Positions 49,366-60,457 of a stretch of DNA of 64,000 bases are shown piece by piece (within the stretch, counting starts at the first letter, position 1; each line of letters begins with the position of its first letter). The position numbers were made by a program, and so were the translations under genes. The DNA is taken from assembly GCA_965237905.1 (NCBI GenBank), contig OZ250172.1:1536001-1600000 (forward strand). The letters are read 5' to 3'. A model generated the notes under the pieces. That model searched no databases and was not told the origin of the DNA. It saw only the letters and a list, made by a program, of their open reading frames with translations. The DNA comes from Nitrospinaceae bacterium. Lineage in GTDB: Bacteria > Nitrospinota > Nitrospinia > Nitrospinales > Nitrospinaceae.

Positions 49366-49829
49366 ACCGGAGTCGGCGCGGGCAGGCCGAACCGATGCAC
49401 CAGTTCCCCACCACAATATCCTGTCGCCAGTACGGTGGCCAAGCCCACAACCAACAACGAAAAGTAAACGATTGCCCCCAGTTTCTTTTTGCGGTAACGC
49501 GCCGCGACCAGAGCCAGAATAAAAATCACCACCGTCGAGCAAGCGAAAAGGATATGGTAAGACAAAAACTTCCGCATGTGGGTTTTGACCTCCGGGCTGA
49601 CTCGCGGATCGGCCTCGGAAAAAATATCACCGATACCGATGACACCCAGAAATCCGACGACTACCGCCATTACGGCAAACGCCAAACCGAGGCGGATGTT
49701 GAACCCACCCGCCGTCCGTGCCGACTCTTCATTTTGAAACTTGCCGTAGTACTCGAACACCACCCCTGTCACCAGAAGAGCGACTGCAAAGGGAACCAGC
49801 ATGGGATGTATTTGGGCAAAGAAGGCCAT
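49359..49829 (-). CDS. DUF2231-like membrane protein
   Basis: IHPMLVPFAVAL...TGYCGGELVHRFG. Confidence 0.75.
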   Translation of the reverse strand: MAFFAQIHPMLVPFAVALLVTGVVFEYYGKFQNEESARTAGGFNIRLGLAFAVMAVVVGFLGVIGIGDIFSEADPRVSPEVKTHMRKFLSYHILFACSTVVIFILALVAARYRKKKLGAIVYFSLLVVGLATVLATGYCGGELVHRFGLPAPTPVQ

Positions 49830-49834
49830 GATTC

Positions 49835-50662
49835 CTACGAAGGGGTTTTGGATGGTCGGGGCGCTTTCCGGGAAAGCTCCCCTAACAATACCCCGGCCGC
49901 CACCGATGCGTTCAAGGATTCCATATCACCGGCACCGGGAATGCGCACCAGCGTGTCACACCGTTTCTTAACCGGATCGGAAAGTCCTTCCTGCTCATTG
50001 CCGACGACCATGACGCACGGATACTTGAGTTTCATATCATAAAGACTCTGCTTGGAGGAAGGGTCGGCACCGGCGATAAACACGCCGTGCGTCTTCAATT
50101 CTCTCAAGATGGACGGCAGGCTTTTGCATTCGTACAACGGCACCATTTCCAAGGCCCCTTCCGCCATCCGCACCGCAGACGAATTCACCGCCGTGGCGTT
50201 CTCGCCCAGTCCGACCAGCAATCCTTCCGCTCCGAAATAGGCGCACGACCTTAGAATGGCGCCGACATTATGCGAATTTTCCACCCGGTCCAGCGCCAGG
50301 GCAAATTGATGTTTCGCAAGACCCGCCTTCACCCAATCGTGAACCGACGGTTGTTTCAAAGGCCGCACCACCATCACGTAACCTTCATGATGCACGCTGG
50401 ATGCAACTTTGTTCAGGGATTCCTGATCCAGTTTGCGGTAGGGCAATTTATGATTGTGACACCACTCCTTGACCTTTTTCAGTTGATGAGACCGGCTTTG
50501 ACTGAAAAATACGCGCAAAATATCCTGCGGCCGGGTTTCAAAAACCCGCTGGCAGGCATTCCATCCATAGACCGTGAATTCTCTTTGCTTGAGGGATGAC
50601 CGTGAAGATCCGGCGCGGGGAGGCTGGTTAGAGCCGGTTTTTTTTGACGGGGCTTGAGACAA
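49835..50662 (-). CDS. TrmH/SpoU family RNA methyltransferase
   Basis: HNVGAILRS, VVGNEQEGL, ESLNASVAAG. Confidence 0.9.
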   Translation of the reverse strand: MSQAPSKKTGSNQPPRAGSSRSSLKQREFTVYGWNACQRVFETRPQDILRVFFSQSRSHQLKKVKEWCHNHKLPYRKLDQESLNKVASSVHHEGYVMVVRPLKQPSVHDWVKAGLAKHQFALALDRVENSHNVGAILRSCAYFGAEGLLVGLGENATAVNSSAVRMAEGALEMVPLYECKSLPSILRELKTHGVFIAGADPSSKQSLYDMKLKYPCVMVVGNEQEGLSDPVKKRCDTLVRIPGAGDMESLNASVAAGVLLGELSRKAPRPSKTPS

Positions 50663-50721
50663 CTAATTCGCTCTTTCGTTAAAAGGCGATCCCTGAAAAC
50701 CAGGGATAATTCGATCTGGAG

Positions 50722-51168
50722 TTACCGGATGAAACTGCTCAACCGGTTGTTCACCTCGTCCAACCGAGTGATGACCAGATTGATAATCTGATCCTTGATT
50801 TTAATTATCATTTCCGGGGACAACTGATCCATCAGCGGGCTGTCCACCTTGAAGACCGTAACATCATTATCCGCCTCGATAGAACTGGAGCGTGGCCTTT
50901 TGGCTTTCATGGTGATTTCTCCAAATATGGAACCAGACACCAACTGAGCCAGAGAAACTTCCGCGGGTTTACTGCGCATCACGCTGACTTGTCCTTCCAG
51001 CAATACAAAAAATCCGTAATCCACTTCATCCTCTTTAAGGATTTTTTCCTGAGGCTTGAATTGCATCCAATGGTTTTTGTGAGAGAGCAAATTTTCACGG
51101 TCCGCTTTATCCATTTCCTTGAAAAAAGGAATTTCATCCATGAGCCTGACGAGTTTATCTTTATTCAT
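50722..51168 (-). CDS. Cyclic nucleotide-binding domain protein
   Basis: FFVLLEGQV, GSIFGEI, RPRSSSIEA. Confidence 0.85.
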   Translation of the reverse strand: MNKDKLVRLMDEIPFFKEMDKADRENLLSHKNHWMQFKPQEKILKEDEVDYGFFVLLEGQVSVMRSKPAEVSLAQLVSGSIFGEITMKAKRPRSSSIEADNDVTVFKVDSPLMDQLSPEMIIKIKDQIINLVITRLDEVNNRLSSFIR

Positions 51169-51276
51169 TGCCGATATCCAAATGGGTTAATATCCGTATA
51201 CATTATTAGTGTAAAGACAAACTCGTCCAAAAACCACAACCCAATAGAAAAACTTCCCGCCGGGTTTTCCAGGCGC

Positions 51277-52344
51277 TTAACCGTGCCCGCCCATCATAAA
51301 CGCTTCCGACTCATCAAACCGGGGAATCGGCAAATCGTCCACCCCCGTGAAATATTCTTCCGCCCTCTCCAACACCTCGCTGGTCGTGGGTGTCTGGAAC
51401 ATGGCGCCCCGAAAGGCAGCGGCTCCCGGATACCCAAAGGCCAGCCAGACCGCCAGTTTTCGGAGGTACAGCAGGGTGCGCCGGGTATCATAACGCGGAT
51501 GCAACAGTTCATGGAAACGACGGAGCAGAGCCATCCGGGTTGGGTCCAGCGTCTCCCCCGGCTCTCCCGTACATTGTTTGAAAATCCAGGGATTGCGCAG
51601 CGCGCCCCGGCCGATCATCACCGCATCGACCCCCGTTTCATGAAGCAGGGTGCGGGCCCGCTCGGGATCGCGAATATCTCCGTTGCCGATGATGGGGAGC
51701 GTGGTCCGTTGTTTGACCTCAGCCATCAAATCCCAATCCGCCAATCCATGATAGCCCTGCACACGGGTCCGCCCGTGAATGGCGACCCATTCGCAACCGG
51801 CGTTTTGCGCGGCGGCGACGCACTCGTGGATGGTCAACTCCTGCTCGTTCCAACCGGTGCGCATTTTGACGGTGAGAGGCAAATCGATATTGCGGCGAAT
51901 CTTCGTCAGAAAGGATTCCAGGTATGCCGGATCGCGCATCAACGCCGACCCGCAACCTTTTTGAACCACCTTCCTCACCGGACAACCGAGATTGATGTCC
52001 AGAAAATCCGCGCCCTCCTCCTGAACCAGATGAGCCACCTTGATAAAATCGTCTGCATAGTCCCCAAACAATTGCAGGCCCACCAACGTACCGGGGTTTT
52101 TATGAATCGCAATCATCCGCCGGGTTTTTTCCGAATTGAACACCAGCCCCTTGGCCGAAACCAGCTCGGACACCAGAACGCCCGCCCCCATTTCATCCAT
52201 CAACTGCCGGAAGCAGACATCGGTGATGCCGGACATTGGTGCCATCCAGTAAGCGTTGCGGGCGCGATCGATCAAACGCCCGCCTTTCGTCGGAACGTTT
52301 AATTTGTCCGGCTTCTCTTTTTCCGCTAAAACAGTTCGATTCAT
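51277..52344 (-). CDS. dusB: tRNA-dihydrouridine synthase (DusB-like)
   Basis: APMSGITD, DINLGCP, IHGRTR, IGNGDI, VMIGRG. Confidence 0.88.
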   Translation of the reverse strand: MNRTVLAEKEKPDKLNVPTKGGRLIDRARNAYWMAPMSGITDVCFRQLMDEMGAGVLVSELVSAKGLVFNSEKTRRMIAIHKNPGTLVGLQLFGDYADDFIKVAHLVQEEGADFLDINLGCPVRKVVQKGCGSALMRDPAYLESFLTKIRRNIDLPLTVKMRTGWNEQELTIHECVAAAQNAGCEWVAIHGRTRVQGYHGLADWDLMAEVKQRTTLPIIGNGDIRDPERARTLLHETGVDAVMIGRGALRNPWIFKQCTGEPGETLDPTRMALLRRFHELLHPRYDTRRTLLYLRKLAVWLAFGYPGAAAFRGAMFQTPTTSEVLERAEEYFTGVDDLPIPRFDESEAFMMGGHG

Positions 52345-52402
52345 TTTGTTCCCATATAAAAAAATTCACCGCTCATGGAGAGAGGATAATAAAGGAAAAC
52401 TT

Positions 52403-52501
52403 GGATTCTTCGTCACTCTGTTCCTCAGAATGACATAATATATGCAATTTGTCATCCTGAGCGCCAGCGAAGGATCTGGGGTTTTATCCTGTCATCCTGT
52501 C
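52403..52501. repeat. REP-like inverted pair (second copy) plus TTTTATCCTGTCATCCTGTC
   Basis: Matches 33661-33737 and 30655-30674. Confidence 0.75.
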
Positions 52502-52515
52502 GAAATGATTTTGCC

Positions 52516-53415
52516 TTACTCAAAAACCGCATCCCAATAAGGTTGAAAATGTTCCGGCCAGGGCGCCTGAAGATCGACCTCGCCGTCTACTCCGTTAAAG
52601 CGCAACCGGTGGGCGTGCAATCCATAGCGATGCGCGTCGTCCGTGCGCTGGCCATACACTGGGTCATTGACCACCGGTAGGCCCACACTGGCCAGATGCA
52701 CGCGAATCTGGTTGGTTCTGCCGGAACGGGGAAACGCTTTGAGCAAGGTCCTGCCATCCAGCGAACTCAACTCTTCAAAATGAGTGACCGCCTCTTTCGG
52801 ATTCCGGGTCTGATAGCCCACCGCCCGTGCCGCGCCTTTGACTTTACCGATGGGCGCGTCAACCATAAAACTTTTTTGGGGAGGAATGCCTTCGACCAGT
52901 GCCAGGTACCCCTTATCGACCCGGTTCTGCTCGAACTCCCGCATCAAATGCGTGGCCACCTCTTTCGATTTCGCGAACACCACGAGGCCCGTGGTGAGAG
53001 CGTCCAGACGCTGAACCGGGCGGGGTGTCTCGTCCGGATATACTTCTTTCAAAATCTCGGTCAAACTGTTTTTGAAATACCGTCCGCTGGGATGTACGGC
53101 CAAAGGCGCGCCCTTGTTGAATACGCGGATGGCGTCATCTTCATAAACCACATCCAGAGTGCGGTCGGCGAGAGGCTCTTCACGGACTCCCATGCGAGTC
53201 ACGATATAATCGTGTTGCTTGAGAAGTGCGCCGGGGCTCACCCGCTTGCCATTCACGGTAATCCGCCCGTCAAGAATGCGGTCTATCCACTCCTCTTCAC
53301 TCAAATAGGGAAACCGATCGGTAAAATAACTAACGACGGTATATCCGATGTACTTGCCCGGAAGATAAGACTCGTAAACTTGTTCGGCAGGAGGGGGACG
53401 ATACAATTTCACCAT
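52516..53415 (-). CDS. RluA-family pseudouridine synthase
   Basis: VQRLDALTTGLVVFAK, SGRTNQIRVHL, DPVYG, LHA. Confidence 0.9.
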   Translation of the reverse strand: MVKLYRPPPAEQVYESYLPGKYIGYTVVSYFTDRFPYLSEEEWIDRILDGRITVNGKRVSPGALLKQHDYIVTRMGVREEPLADRTLDVVYEDDAIRVFNKGAPLAVHPSGRYFKNSLTEILKEVYPDETPRPVQRLDALTTGLVVFAKSKEVATHLMREFEQNRVDKGYLALVEGIPPQKSFMVDAPIGKVKGAARAVGYQTRNPKEAVTHFEELSSLDGRTLLKAFPRSGRTNQIRVHLASVGLPVVNDPVYGQRTDDAHRYGLHAHRLRFNGVDGEVDLQAPWPEHFQPYWDAVFE

Positions 53416-53492
53416 GCAATAACCTCAAAAACTGGAAACGTATCAAACGGCTGATGCACGGTTCGCCTCACACAAGGGTTCAACGACGGGAG

Positions 53493-54062
53493 TCAATTGT
53501 TTCTGGGATCGACCGGGGCGTGCAACAGATATTCATAGTCCTTGCCCAGGGATTGGACCACCTTCGGCCAGATATGCAGTTCCGGTGAGGTAAACACAAA
53601 CGGGTCCGTGGCATCGCAGGTCAACCAACTGCCCTGGTCCATTTCTCCCGCCAACTGCCCGGCACCCCAGCCGGAATACCCCATGTAAAACCGGAGATCC
53701 TCATTCGGATTGGGCAAGTCCGGCAGAACTGCCTCCAACGCCTCCCAACTCAACCCCATATGAACGCCGGGGCAGACTTCTTCCATCTCCGGCAGAAGCC
53801 GCGGAGACCGGCACAGATAAAACACCTGAGAGGGTGCCACCGGACCGCCGATGAACACCTCGCCCTCGTAATTTGTCAGCAATTCCGATGAGGCGAATAC
53901 TTCGCTCGATTTCAATCCGGAATTACGGTTGACGACCAGACCAAACGATCCTTCCTCCTCATTGTGGTTGCACAGTAGAACCACCGTCCGGGAAAAATTG
54001 GGGTCCGGCAAAACGGGGTTGGCGATTAAAAAGGATCCTTTACCGTACGAACCGTTTTCCAT
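53493..54062 (-). CDS. YqgE/AlgH family protein
   Basis: DPNFSRTVVLLC, GGPV, GYSGWGAGQL. Confidence 0.9.
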   Translation of the reverse strand: MENGSYGKGSFLIANPVLPDPNFSRTVVLLCNHNEEEGSFGLVVNRNSGLKSSEVFASSELLTNYEGEVFIGGPVAPSQVFYLCRSPRLLPEMEEVCPGVHMGLSWEALEAVLPDLPNPNEDLRFYMGYSGWGAGQLAGEMDQGSWLTCDATDPFVFTSPELHIWPKVVQSLGKDYEYLLHAPVDPRNN

Positions 54063-54098
54063 GGCGAAGTTTTGAAATGACGCGGTCGGCCGCGTCGG

Positions 54099-54719
54099 CT
54101 AAAGATTCAGTGATTGCAGTTTTTTGAAATTGGGACCCTGACGGGCGGTTTCCTTGCCCTCACGGGTACCGAAATTATTGTCCAGATAAAGAGCGACCAG
54201 GTTGGGAAACCGGCTCGAATTGGACAACGCTATAAAACCTTCATCTCCGATTTCATTCTGCGCCAGATCCATTTCCTCGATTTTCTCCAGTTCATTTTCC
54301 CCGGCCAGGACTTTGGCCCCCTCATCCTTGAGGTAATTGCGGTACAGGTTGAGGGTTTTCAATTTCATGAGAATCTTGGATTTTATGATCATGCGAATCC
54401 CCTCCGTCCCCAGATCGTTGCCGCCCAACTCCAGCCAATTGAGCTTGGCGAAGACCTCACTTTCGGCCAGATAATGGGCTCCGGCATCACCGATCTTGTT
54501 GCCGCCCAGATTCAAGCGCTTGATAGTGGCAATCCGGGGGTCCTCCCCGATAACCTGCAAGCCGTTGATCCCGACGCAGCATCCTTTGAGATCCAGCTCC
54601 CGCTGGTTTTCGGAGAGCCGGTCATCCACGACCTTGGTCATGGCGTCGACCAATTTCTGCCCTGTATAGTTACAAGGCTCATCTGTATCATAGATCTTGA
54701 TTCCACTTAAAGAAGGCAT
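54099..54719 (-). CDS. Leucine-rich repeat protein (RNI-like)
   Basis: Repeats of L..L.L..N.IGD.G...L. Confidence 0.85.
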   Translation of the reverse strand: MPSLSGIKIYDTDEPCNYTGQKLVDAMTKVVDDRLSENQRELDLKGCCVGINGLQVIGEDPRIATIKRLNLGGNKIGDAGAHYLAESEVFAKLNWLELGGNDLGTEGIRMIIKSKILMKLKTLNLYRNYLKDEGAKVLAGENELEKIEEMDLAQNEIGDEGFIALSNSSRFPNLVALYLDNNFGTREGKETARQGPNFKKLQSLNL

Positions 54720-54906
54720 AACACCTCAAATTCCGGGTTTTTAAAATGATTCCTATTGCCCGATTTTAACTCAAAAACGCACAAATATTTCACAAAATCG
54801 GGGGATAAGGGGCAAATTACACGTTTTCAATTGAGTGCGGACAGGCTATTATAATGTTGACAGAAAATCAATATAATTTAAAATCGCCTGTTTACCCGGG
54901 GATTCT

Positions 54907-55278
54907 ATGGAACTGGATTTTGACAAAATGGGGGGTCTCGTCCCCGCGATCATACAAGACCATGCCACCGGCAAGGTGCTGATGCTGGCCTACATGAACA
55001 AGATCGCCTGGGAAAAAACCCTGGAAACGGGAAAAGCCTGGTTTTACAGCCGTTCGCGCGACAAGCAATGGATGAAGGGCGAGGAAAGCGGAAACGTACA
55101 GGTGGTCAAGGAAGTGTTCGTCGACTGCGATGATGATACCGTCCTCCTCAAAGTCGAGCAGGTGGGCAAAGCCGCCTGCCACAAAGGCTACACCAGCTGT
55201 TTCTTCCGCAAGCTCAACGGCGAGATCACCACGGTCGAAGAAAAAGTGTTCGACCCGGATAAAGTCTATAAAAAGTAA
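54907..55278 (+). CDS. hisI: Phosphoribosyl-AMP cyclohydrolase
   Basis: SRSR...W.KGEESG, DCDDD, ACHKG..SCF. Confidence 0.95.
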   Translation: MELDFDKMGGLVPAIIQDHATGKVLMLAYMNKIAWEKTLETGKAWFYSRSRDKQWMKGEESGNVQVVKEVFVDCDDDTVLLKVEQVGKAACHKGYTSCFFRKLNGEITTVEEKVFDPDKVYKK

Positions 55279-55309
55279 CGTCAACCTTAAAAATGGCAGG
55301 AATGAATTA

Positions 55310-56188
55310 ATGAGTGGCAATGTTTTGAAGTTAGGAATTCCAAAAGGCAGTCTGGAAGAGGCAACAGTCAATCTGTTCGCCAAGGCAGGGTACCAAATTA
55401 AAATCAGCAGTCGGTCCTATTTTCCAAGCATCGACGATGACGAAATAGAGTGCATGTTGATCCGCGCGCAGGAAATCGCCCGTTATGTAGCCGATGGCGT
55501 GCTGGATGCAGGACTCACCGGTAAGGACTGGGTTCAGGAAAACCGGGTGGATGTAGAAGATGTCGCCGATCTGGTGTACTCCAAGGTTTCGGCACGGCCC
55601 GTCCGTTGGGTGCTGGCGGTTCCCAATGATTCACCCATCAAAACTGTCAAGGATTTGCAGGGAAAGCGCATTGCGACAGAGGTCGTCAACATGACCGTGG
55701 ACTACCTGAGGAAACACGGCGTCACCGCCTCGGTCGAATTTTCCTGGGGCGCCACCGAGGTGAAACCCCCGAAGCTGGCCGACGCCATCGTGGAAGTCAC
55801 GGAAACCGGCAATTCCCTCCGGGCCAACAACCTCAGGATCCTGGATACCCTGATGGAATCGAATACCAAGTTCATTATGAACAAGGACGCCTTCAAGGAC
55901 GAGTGGAAGAAAAACAAAGTCGACCGCCTCGTCCTCATGCTCAAAGGCGCCATGGCCGCCAATAAAAAGGTGGGGTTACTGATGAACGTTCCCAAAAAAT
56001 CCCTGGACGCGGTGATGAAAATTCTGCCGCCGGAAGTGAAACCCACCCTCGCTAATTTGACTGATGAAAACTGGGTGGACCTGACAGTCATCCTTGAGGA
56101 AAAACTAGTACGGGAAATTGCTCCGGATTTGAAAAGCGCCGGCGCGGAAGATATCGTCGAATTTCCACTGAATAAAATTATCCATTAA
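55310..56188 (+). CDS. hisG: ATP phosphoribosyltransferase (long form)
   Basis: [34 protein letters not shown]. Confidence 0.95.
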   Translation: MSGNVLKLGIPKGSLEEATVNLFAKAGYQIKISSRSYFPSIDDDEIECMLIRAQEIARYVADGVLDAGLTGKDWVQENRVDVEDVADLVYSKVSARPVRWVLAVPNDSPIKTVKDLQGKRIATEVVNMTVDYLRKHGVTASVEFSWGATEVKPPKLADAIVEVTETGNSLRANNLRILDTLMESNTKFIMNKDAFKDEWKKNKVDRLVLMLKGAMAANKKVGLLMNVPKKSLDAVMKILPPEVKPTLANLTDENWVDLTVILEEKLVREIAPDLKSAGAEDIVEFPLNKIIH

Positions 56189-56202
56189 ACCCAGAGGGAC
56201 TC

Positions 56203-56907
56203 TTGGCCAGTAAAGGAAAAAATCCGAAGCCTGAAAAGGACTCTGCGAAACCCGATCCGGCTTCCAAAAAAGCAGTGCCCCCCGCGGAAGAGCCGGAAGT
56301 CATCCCTTCCAAGGAATCTCTTCCGCCCGCTCTGGCACCGTCTAGTGAACCCAAAAAGGAAAAACAATCTTCCAGTCTCTGGGGAGTTTTACTTTTCGGT
56401 TTTCTGATCGTTGCGGGAGGCATTGGAGGCGGCGGATTCTATCTGTATCAGGAGCAGATGAAATTTCAAAACGAGACCCTTGCCGCACTCTCCCAACTGG
56501 AAGCCCGGTTGAACGCGTTGGATACCGAAGCGGACCAGGCCCGTCAAAACCAACAGACGATCGATAGCCTGAATCAGGAATTACAGCAATTCAAAACCGA
56601 AATGGACGCCACCCTGAAGTCCCACCAAAGTTCGCTGTCCACTCTCGACGAAGATGTGATGCGGCTGAAAGAAAAAGTGAACCCCCCCGCAGAAGCGCCT
56701 CCGACGCCGCTCTCCACTATAGATGAGGCAGGCACCGAGGCCGGACCCGCACCGGGAGAGCTTCTTCCCGAAAGTCAGGATGGAGAAGCCTCAGAGGACA
56801 CCGAGGCCGAAGAAGACGACTCAGACCAGGAATCTATGCAGTTTGTTCAGTGGATAGAAAACTTCTTCGGCGCCATCTGGAACTGGTTCGCCGGTCTGTT
56901 CAGCTGA
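56203..56907 (+). CDS. Hypothetical membrane-anchored coiled-coil protein
   Basis: Pro-rich N-terminus, one TM, coiled coil, acidic tail. Confidence 0.65.
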   Translation: MASKGKNPKPEKDSAKPDPASKKAVPPAEEPEVIPSKESLPPALAPSSEPKKEKQSSSLWGVLLFGFLIVAGGIGGGGFYLYQEQMKFQNETLAALSQLEARLNALDTEADQARQNQQTIDSLNQELQQFKTEMDATLKSHQSSLSTLDEDVMRLKEKVNPPAEAPPTPLSTIDEAGTEAGPAPGELLPESQDGEASEDTEAEEDDSDQESMQFVQWIENFFGAIWNWFAGLFS

Positions 56908-56928
56908 AACCCTTCTAATATTTTCGAA

Positions 56929-57744
56929 TTAAACCTCAACGAATTGAATGGCTTCCTTTTGGTCGAGGATGCCTTTTTCAAAACAGACGTCGCGGAAATG
57001 CTGGAGGCCGGTCATTTCTTCCTGACCCAGATCGTAGATGATTTTGGTCGACAGATAGTCGAGGCAGGTTTCAAAAGCGATCCCTAATTTTTCCGATTCA
57101 GTTTGCGCAATACTCTCAAGCCGTGACAGCCCTTCCGTTTTAGTTTCCTGAACCGTCGTTAGAAATTCCTGATCCAGCTCAATGCCGTTGCGCACCGCCA
57201 CGACGGCATGGACAAAGGTTTTACCGGTTTGCTCGAACCACTGTTCGCTCAGGTCATAAATTTGAAGGTTGGGATAAGCGGACCGCAAGCCAAACGCGGG
57301 GTCGCCGATGATGAGGGCGGCATCGTGCGTCTTCAACATGGCCTGCGGATCGGGATCGGCGGACTCCAAAGATACGCTGGGAAGAAACACTTCCCCGAAC
57401 AAGACCTGCAACAGCGCCGCGGAGGTTCGTGACCGGACGTCCAACGCGATCGATTGCACTTCTTTGAGCGGCAGGCGGGACGCAAACAATACCGTATCCA
57501 CCGGTCCCCGGGAAGCCACGGCGATGCCGGGAAGCAGGCGATACTGCTCTGAATCCTTCAGGTATTCAATGGAAGGAATCATCGCCAGGTCCAACTCTCC
57601 CGCTCTCAACCGCTCAGCAAGACTGGCCGGGGACCCGGTGACCATAGTGATCCCCAGTTGCTGTTGCTTCTCCTTGAGAGGAATGAGCAGAGGCTGGGCA
57701 TTGATGAAATCATGAAAACCGAATTTTAACTTCTTTCCGGTCAT
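56929..57744 (-). CDS. mqnA: Chorismate dehydratase MqnA (futalosine pathway)
   Basis: FINAQPL, IPSIEY, SRTSAALL, LIIGDPA, YDLSEQW...TG..FVHAV. Confidence 0.85.
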   Translation of the reverse strand: MTGKKLKFGFHDFINAQPLLIPLKEKQQQLGITMVTGSPASLAERLRAGELDLAMIPSIEYLKDSEQYRLLPGIAVASRGPVDTVLFASRLPLKEVQSIALDVRSRTSAALLQVLFGEVFLPSVSLESADPDPQAMLKTHDAALIIGDPAFGLRSAYPNLQIYDLSEQWFEQTGKTFVHAVVAVRNGIELDQEFLTTVQETKTEGLSRLESIAQTESEKLGIAFETCLDYLSTKIIYDLGQEEMTGLQHFRDVCFEKGILDQKEAIQFVEV

Positions 57745-57764
57745 GTTGAATTCCCTTTAAAATA

Positions 57765-57795
57765 AAAAAACCGGGATGGAGAAACTCCATCCCGG
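57765..57795 (-). terminator. Rho-independent terminator after hppA
   Basis: CCGGGATGGAG-AAA-CTCCATCCCGG with a U-tract on the minus strand. Confidence 0.75.
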
Positions 57796-57813
57796 TGAAA
57801 ACTTTTATGGCTC

Positions 57814-59889
57814 CTAGATAAAGAGCGGTGCCAGAACCAGAGAAACAATGGACATCAGTTTGATGAGGATGTTCATCGCCGGTCCCGACGTGTCTTTCAG
57901 CGGATCGCCGACGGTGTCACCCACGACGGTGGCCTTATGCGCTTCAGACCCTTTGCCGCCCAGGTGGCCGCTCTCGACATACTTCTTGGCGTTGTCCCAG
58001 GCGCCGCCGCCGTTGGACATGAACAGGGCCAGTAGAACACCGACCAATGTCGCGCCGACCAGCATCCCGCCCAGAGCTTCCTTGCCCATCAGAAAACCAA
58101 CGATGATGGGCATGAGGAAGGCAATGACGCCCGGTGCCACCATTTCCCGCAGGGCGGCTCGGGTGCTGATGTCGATACATTTGGCGGTATCGGGTTTACC
58201 GGTGCCTTCCAGGAGACCGGGGATTTCCCTGAACTGACGGCGGATTTCTTCGATCATAATAAACGCGCCTTTGCCGACGGAAGTCATGGTGATAGCCGCT
58301 ACCAGATACGGAATCGCACCGCCGATCAACAAGCCGATGATAACCTTGGTGCTGGTGATATCGATGACTTCAATCCCTGCCGCTTGCCTGTACGCTGAAA
58401 ACAGTGCCAATGCGGTTAACGCCGCCGAACCGATGGCGAAACCTTTTCCGATGGCGGCAGTGGTGTTGCCCAACGCGTCGAGGCCGTCGGTGATTTTTCG
58501 GGTTTCTTCACCGAGGCCCGCCATTTCGGAAATACCGCCGGCGTTGTCGGCAATCGGTCCGTATGCATCAACTGACATGGTGATGCCTACGGTAGCCAGC
58601 ATGCCAACTGCCGCCAGGGCCACGCCATACAAACCGGCTGAATAGCCGCCAACGAAAATTGCCAGACAGATGACCAGAATCGGCGCGACACAACTTTCCA
58701 TAGCCACGGCCAATCCGGTGATCATAACAGTCGCAACACCCGTCTGACTCGATTCAGCTATTTTGGTAACGGGTTTACCAGCCGTGTAGTATTCGGTGAT
58801 CAATCCGATCACGATACCCGCCAGACAACCGAACGCCAACGCTACGAATACGCCCATCGGCAGACCCATGATGGAGATGGCGATGAATCCGGCCAACAGC
58901 AGGACACCGGCACTGACGAAGGTGGAATTACGAAGCACAGCGGCCGGGTCCATCTTGGCCATGACGCGGATGGAGCGGATACCGATAATGGAGGCAACGA
59001 GACCTGCCATAGCGATGATGATGGGAAGCGCCATATATTCTATTTTCTGTGCGCCCATTGTGCTTGCAATGGCAATAGTGGCGATCATAGACCCAACGTA
59101 AGATTCAAAGATATCCGCGCCCAGTCCGGCAGTATCACCCACGCAGTCGCCCACGTTATCGGCGATGACGCCGGGGTTGCGGGGATCGTCTTCGGGAATC
59201 CCGGCTTCGACTTTACCAACGAGGTCGGATCCGACGTCGGCGATTTTGGTATAGATGCCGCCGCCGACACGGGCGAACAGGGCAATGGAACTGGCACCCA
59301 TGGCGAATCCGCTGATGATGCTGGCGTTGTCGCCGCGTCCGAACATCAGGAACAACCCGCCGACGCCCAGCAAACCGAGGCTGGCCACGCACAGGCCCAT
59401 CACGGCCCCGCCGTTAAACGCAACATCAAGAGCTTTGGCCTGGCCGGAATCGTTGGCGGCCTGCGCGGTGCGCACGTTGGCGGTGGTGGCGGCGTTCATG
59501 CCGAAGAACCCGGCGGCCATGGAACAAACCGCTCCTAAAACATAAGCCACGCCGGTCCAGAACCCGACCCACATGGTTGTCTGTGAGCCGATAAAAACTA
59601 CCAATAGGACAGACACGCCTCCTACAAAATACGCCAGAATACGATACTCTCGGGAGAGAAACACCATGGCGCCTTCGTGGATGGATTCGGCAATTTCCAC
59701 CATTTTCTCGTTGCCCTCGGGCTGATCGTCGACGTATTCATAAACCTTCCACGCGATGGCCAGTCCGAACAATCCAAAGAGCGGGCTCAGCCAGACGAAA
59801 TTGTGCGCCACCTGGAAAACCGCAAATACCACATATAGGCCCACGGCAAGAGCAACGAAAAGAAGCTCCGTCTTATATTCCTTTATCAT
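57814..59889 (-). CDS. hppA: Membrane ion-translocating pyrophosphatase
   Basis: [45 protein letters not shown]. Confidence 0.95.
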   Translation of the reverse strand: MIKEYKTELLFVALAVGLYVVFAVFQVAHNFVWLSPLFGLFGLAIAWKVYEYVDDQPEGNEKMVEIAESIHEGAMVFLSREYRILAYFVGGVSVLLVVFIGSQTTMWVGFWTGVAYVLGAVCSMAAGFFGMNAATTANVRTAQAANDSGQAKALDVAFNGGAVMGLCVASLGLLGVGGLFLMFGRGDNASIISGFAMGASSIALFARVGGGIYTKIADVGSDLVGKVEAGIPEDDPRNPGVIADNVGDCVGDTAGLGADIFESYVGSMIATIAIASTMGAQKIEYMALPIIIAMAGLVASIIGIRSIRVMAKMDPAAVLRNSTFVSAGVLLLAGFIAISIMGLPMGVFVALAFGCLAGIVIGLITEYYTAGKPVTKIAESSQTGVATVMITGLAVAMESCVAPILVICLAIFVGGYSAGLYGVALAAVGMLATVGITMSVDAYGPIADNAGGISEMAGLGEETRKITDGLDALGNTTAAIGKGFAIGSAALTALALFSAYRQAAGIEVIDITSTKVIIGLLIGGAIPYLVAAITMTSVGKGAFIMIEEIRRQFREIPGLLEGTGKPDTAKCIDISTRAALREMVAPGVIAFLMPIIVGFLMGKEALGGMLVGATLVGVLLALFMSNGGGAWDNAKKYVESGHLGGKGSEAHKATVVGDTVGDPLKDTSGPAMNILIKLMSIVSLVLAPLFI

Positions 59890-59894
59890 TCTGC

Positions 59895-60452
59895 TTATTC
59901 CTCCGTTTGTTGAGATTTCTTATTGAGTTCTTTCAGCGTCTCTTCGATCCCGCGCACCGCTTCTTCCAGGATTTCGTTGACCTGGGGAATTTCTTCATCG
60001 GAGAAAGTGGAGAGTACATAATCGACGACCTCTCCCCCGTCTTCCGGGCGACCCACTCCGATACGGAACCGTGCGAATTCGCCCGTTCCCAGTTTTTCAA
60101 TAATGGAACCGATACCGCCGTGACCGGCGTTGCCCCCTTTGAATTTTTTTTTGATCTTTCCCAGAGGCAAATCGATCTCGTCATGAACGACGATCATCCG
60201 CTCCGGGGGGATGTCCAAAGCATGCAGGAGTGCTTTGGCGGCCACTCCGCTTTTATTCATATACGTCATGGCCTTGGAGACAACTACGGGGCACCCCTCG
60301 ACTTCACCCCGGCCACTCAGAGCCTGGTGTTGATGCTGACCGAGTTTGATCCGATACTTTTCAGTCAGGGTATCGATGACCAAAAACCCCATGTTATGCC
60401 GCGTCAACTCGTAACGGGGACCGGGGTTTCCCAACCCTAAAATCAGGTACAC
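59895..60452 (-). CDS. pth: Peptidyl-tRNA hydrolase
   Basis: GLGNPG..Y..TRHN.GF, TYMNKSG, HDEIDLP. Confidence 0.95.
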   Translation of the reverse strand: MYLILGLGNPGPRYELTRHNMGFLVIDTLTEKYRIKLGQHQHQALSGRGEVEGCPVVVSKAMTYMNKSGVAAKALLHALDIPPERMIVVHDEIDLPLGKIKKKFKGGNAGHGGIGSIIEKLGTGEFARFRIGVGRPEDGGEVVDYVLSTFSDEEIPQVNEILEEAVRGIEETLKELNKKSQQTEE

Positions 60453-60457
60453 GTGCT

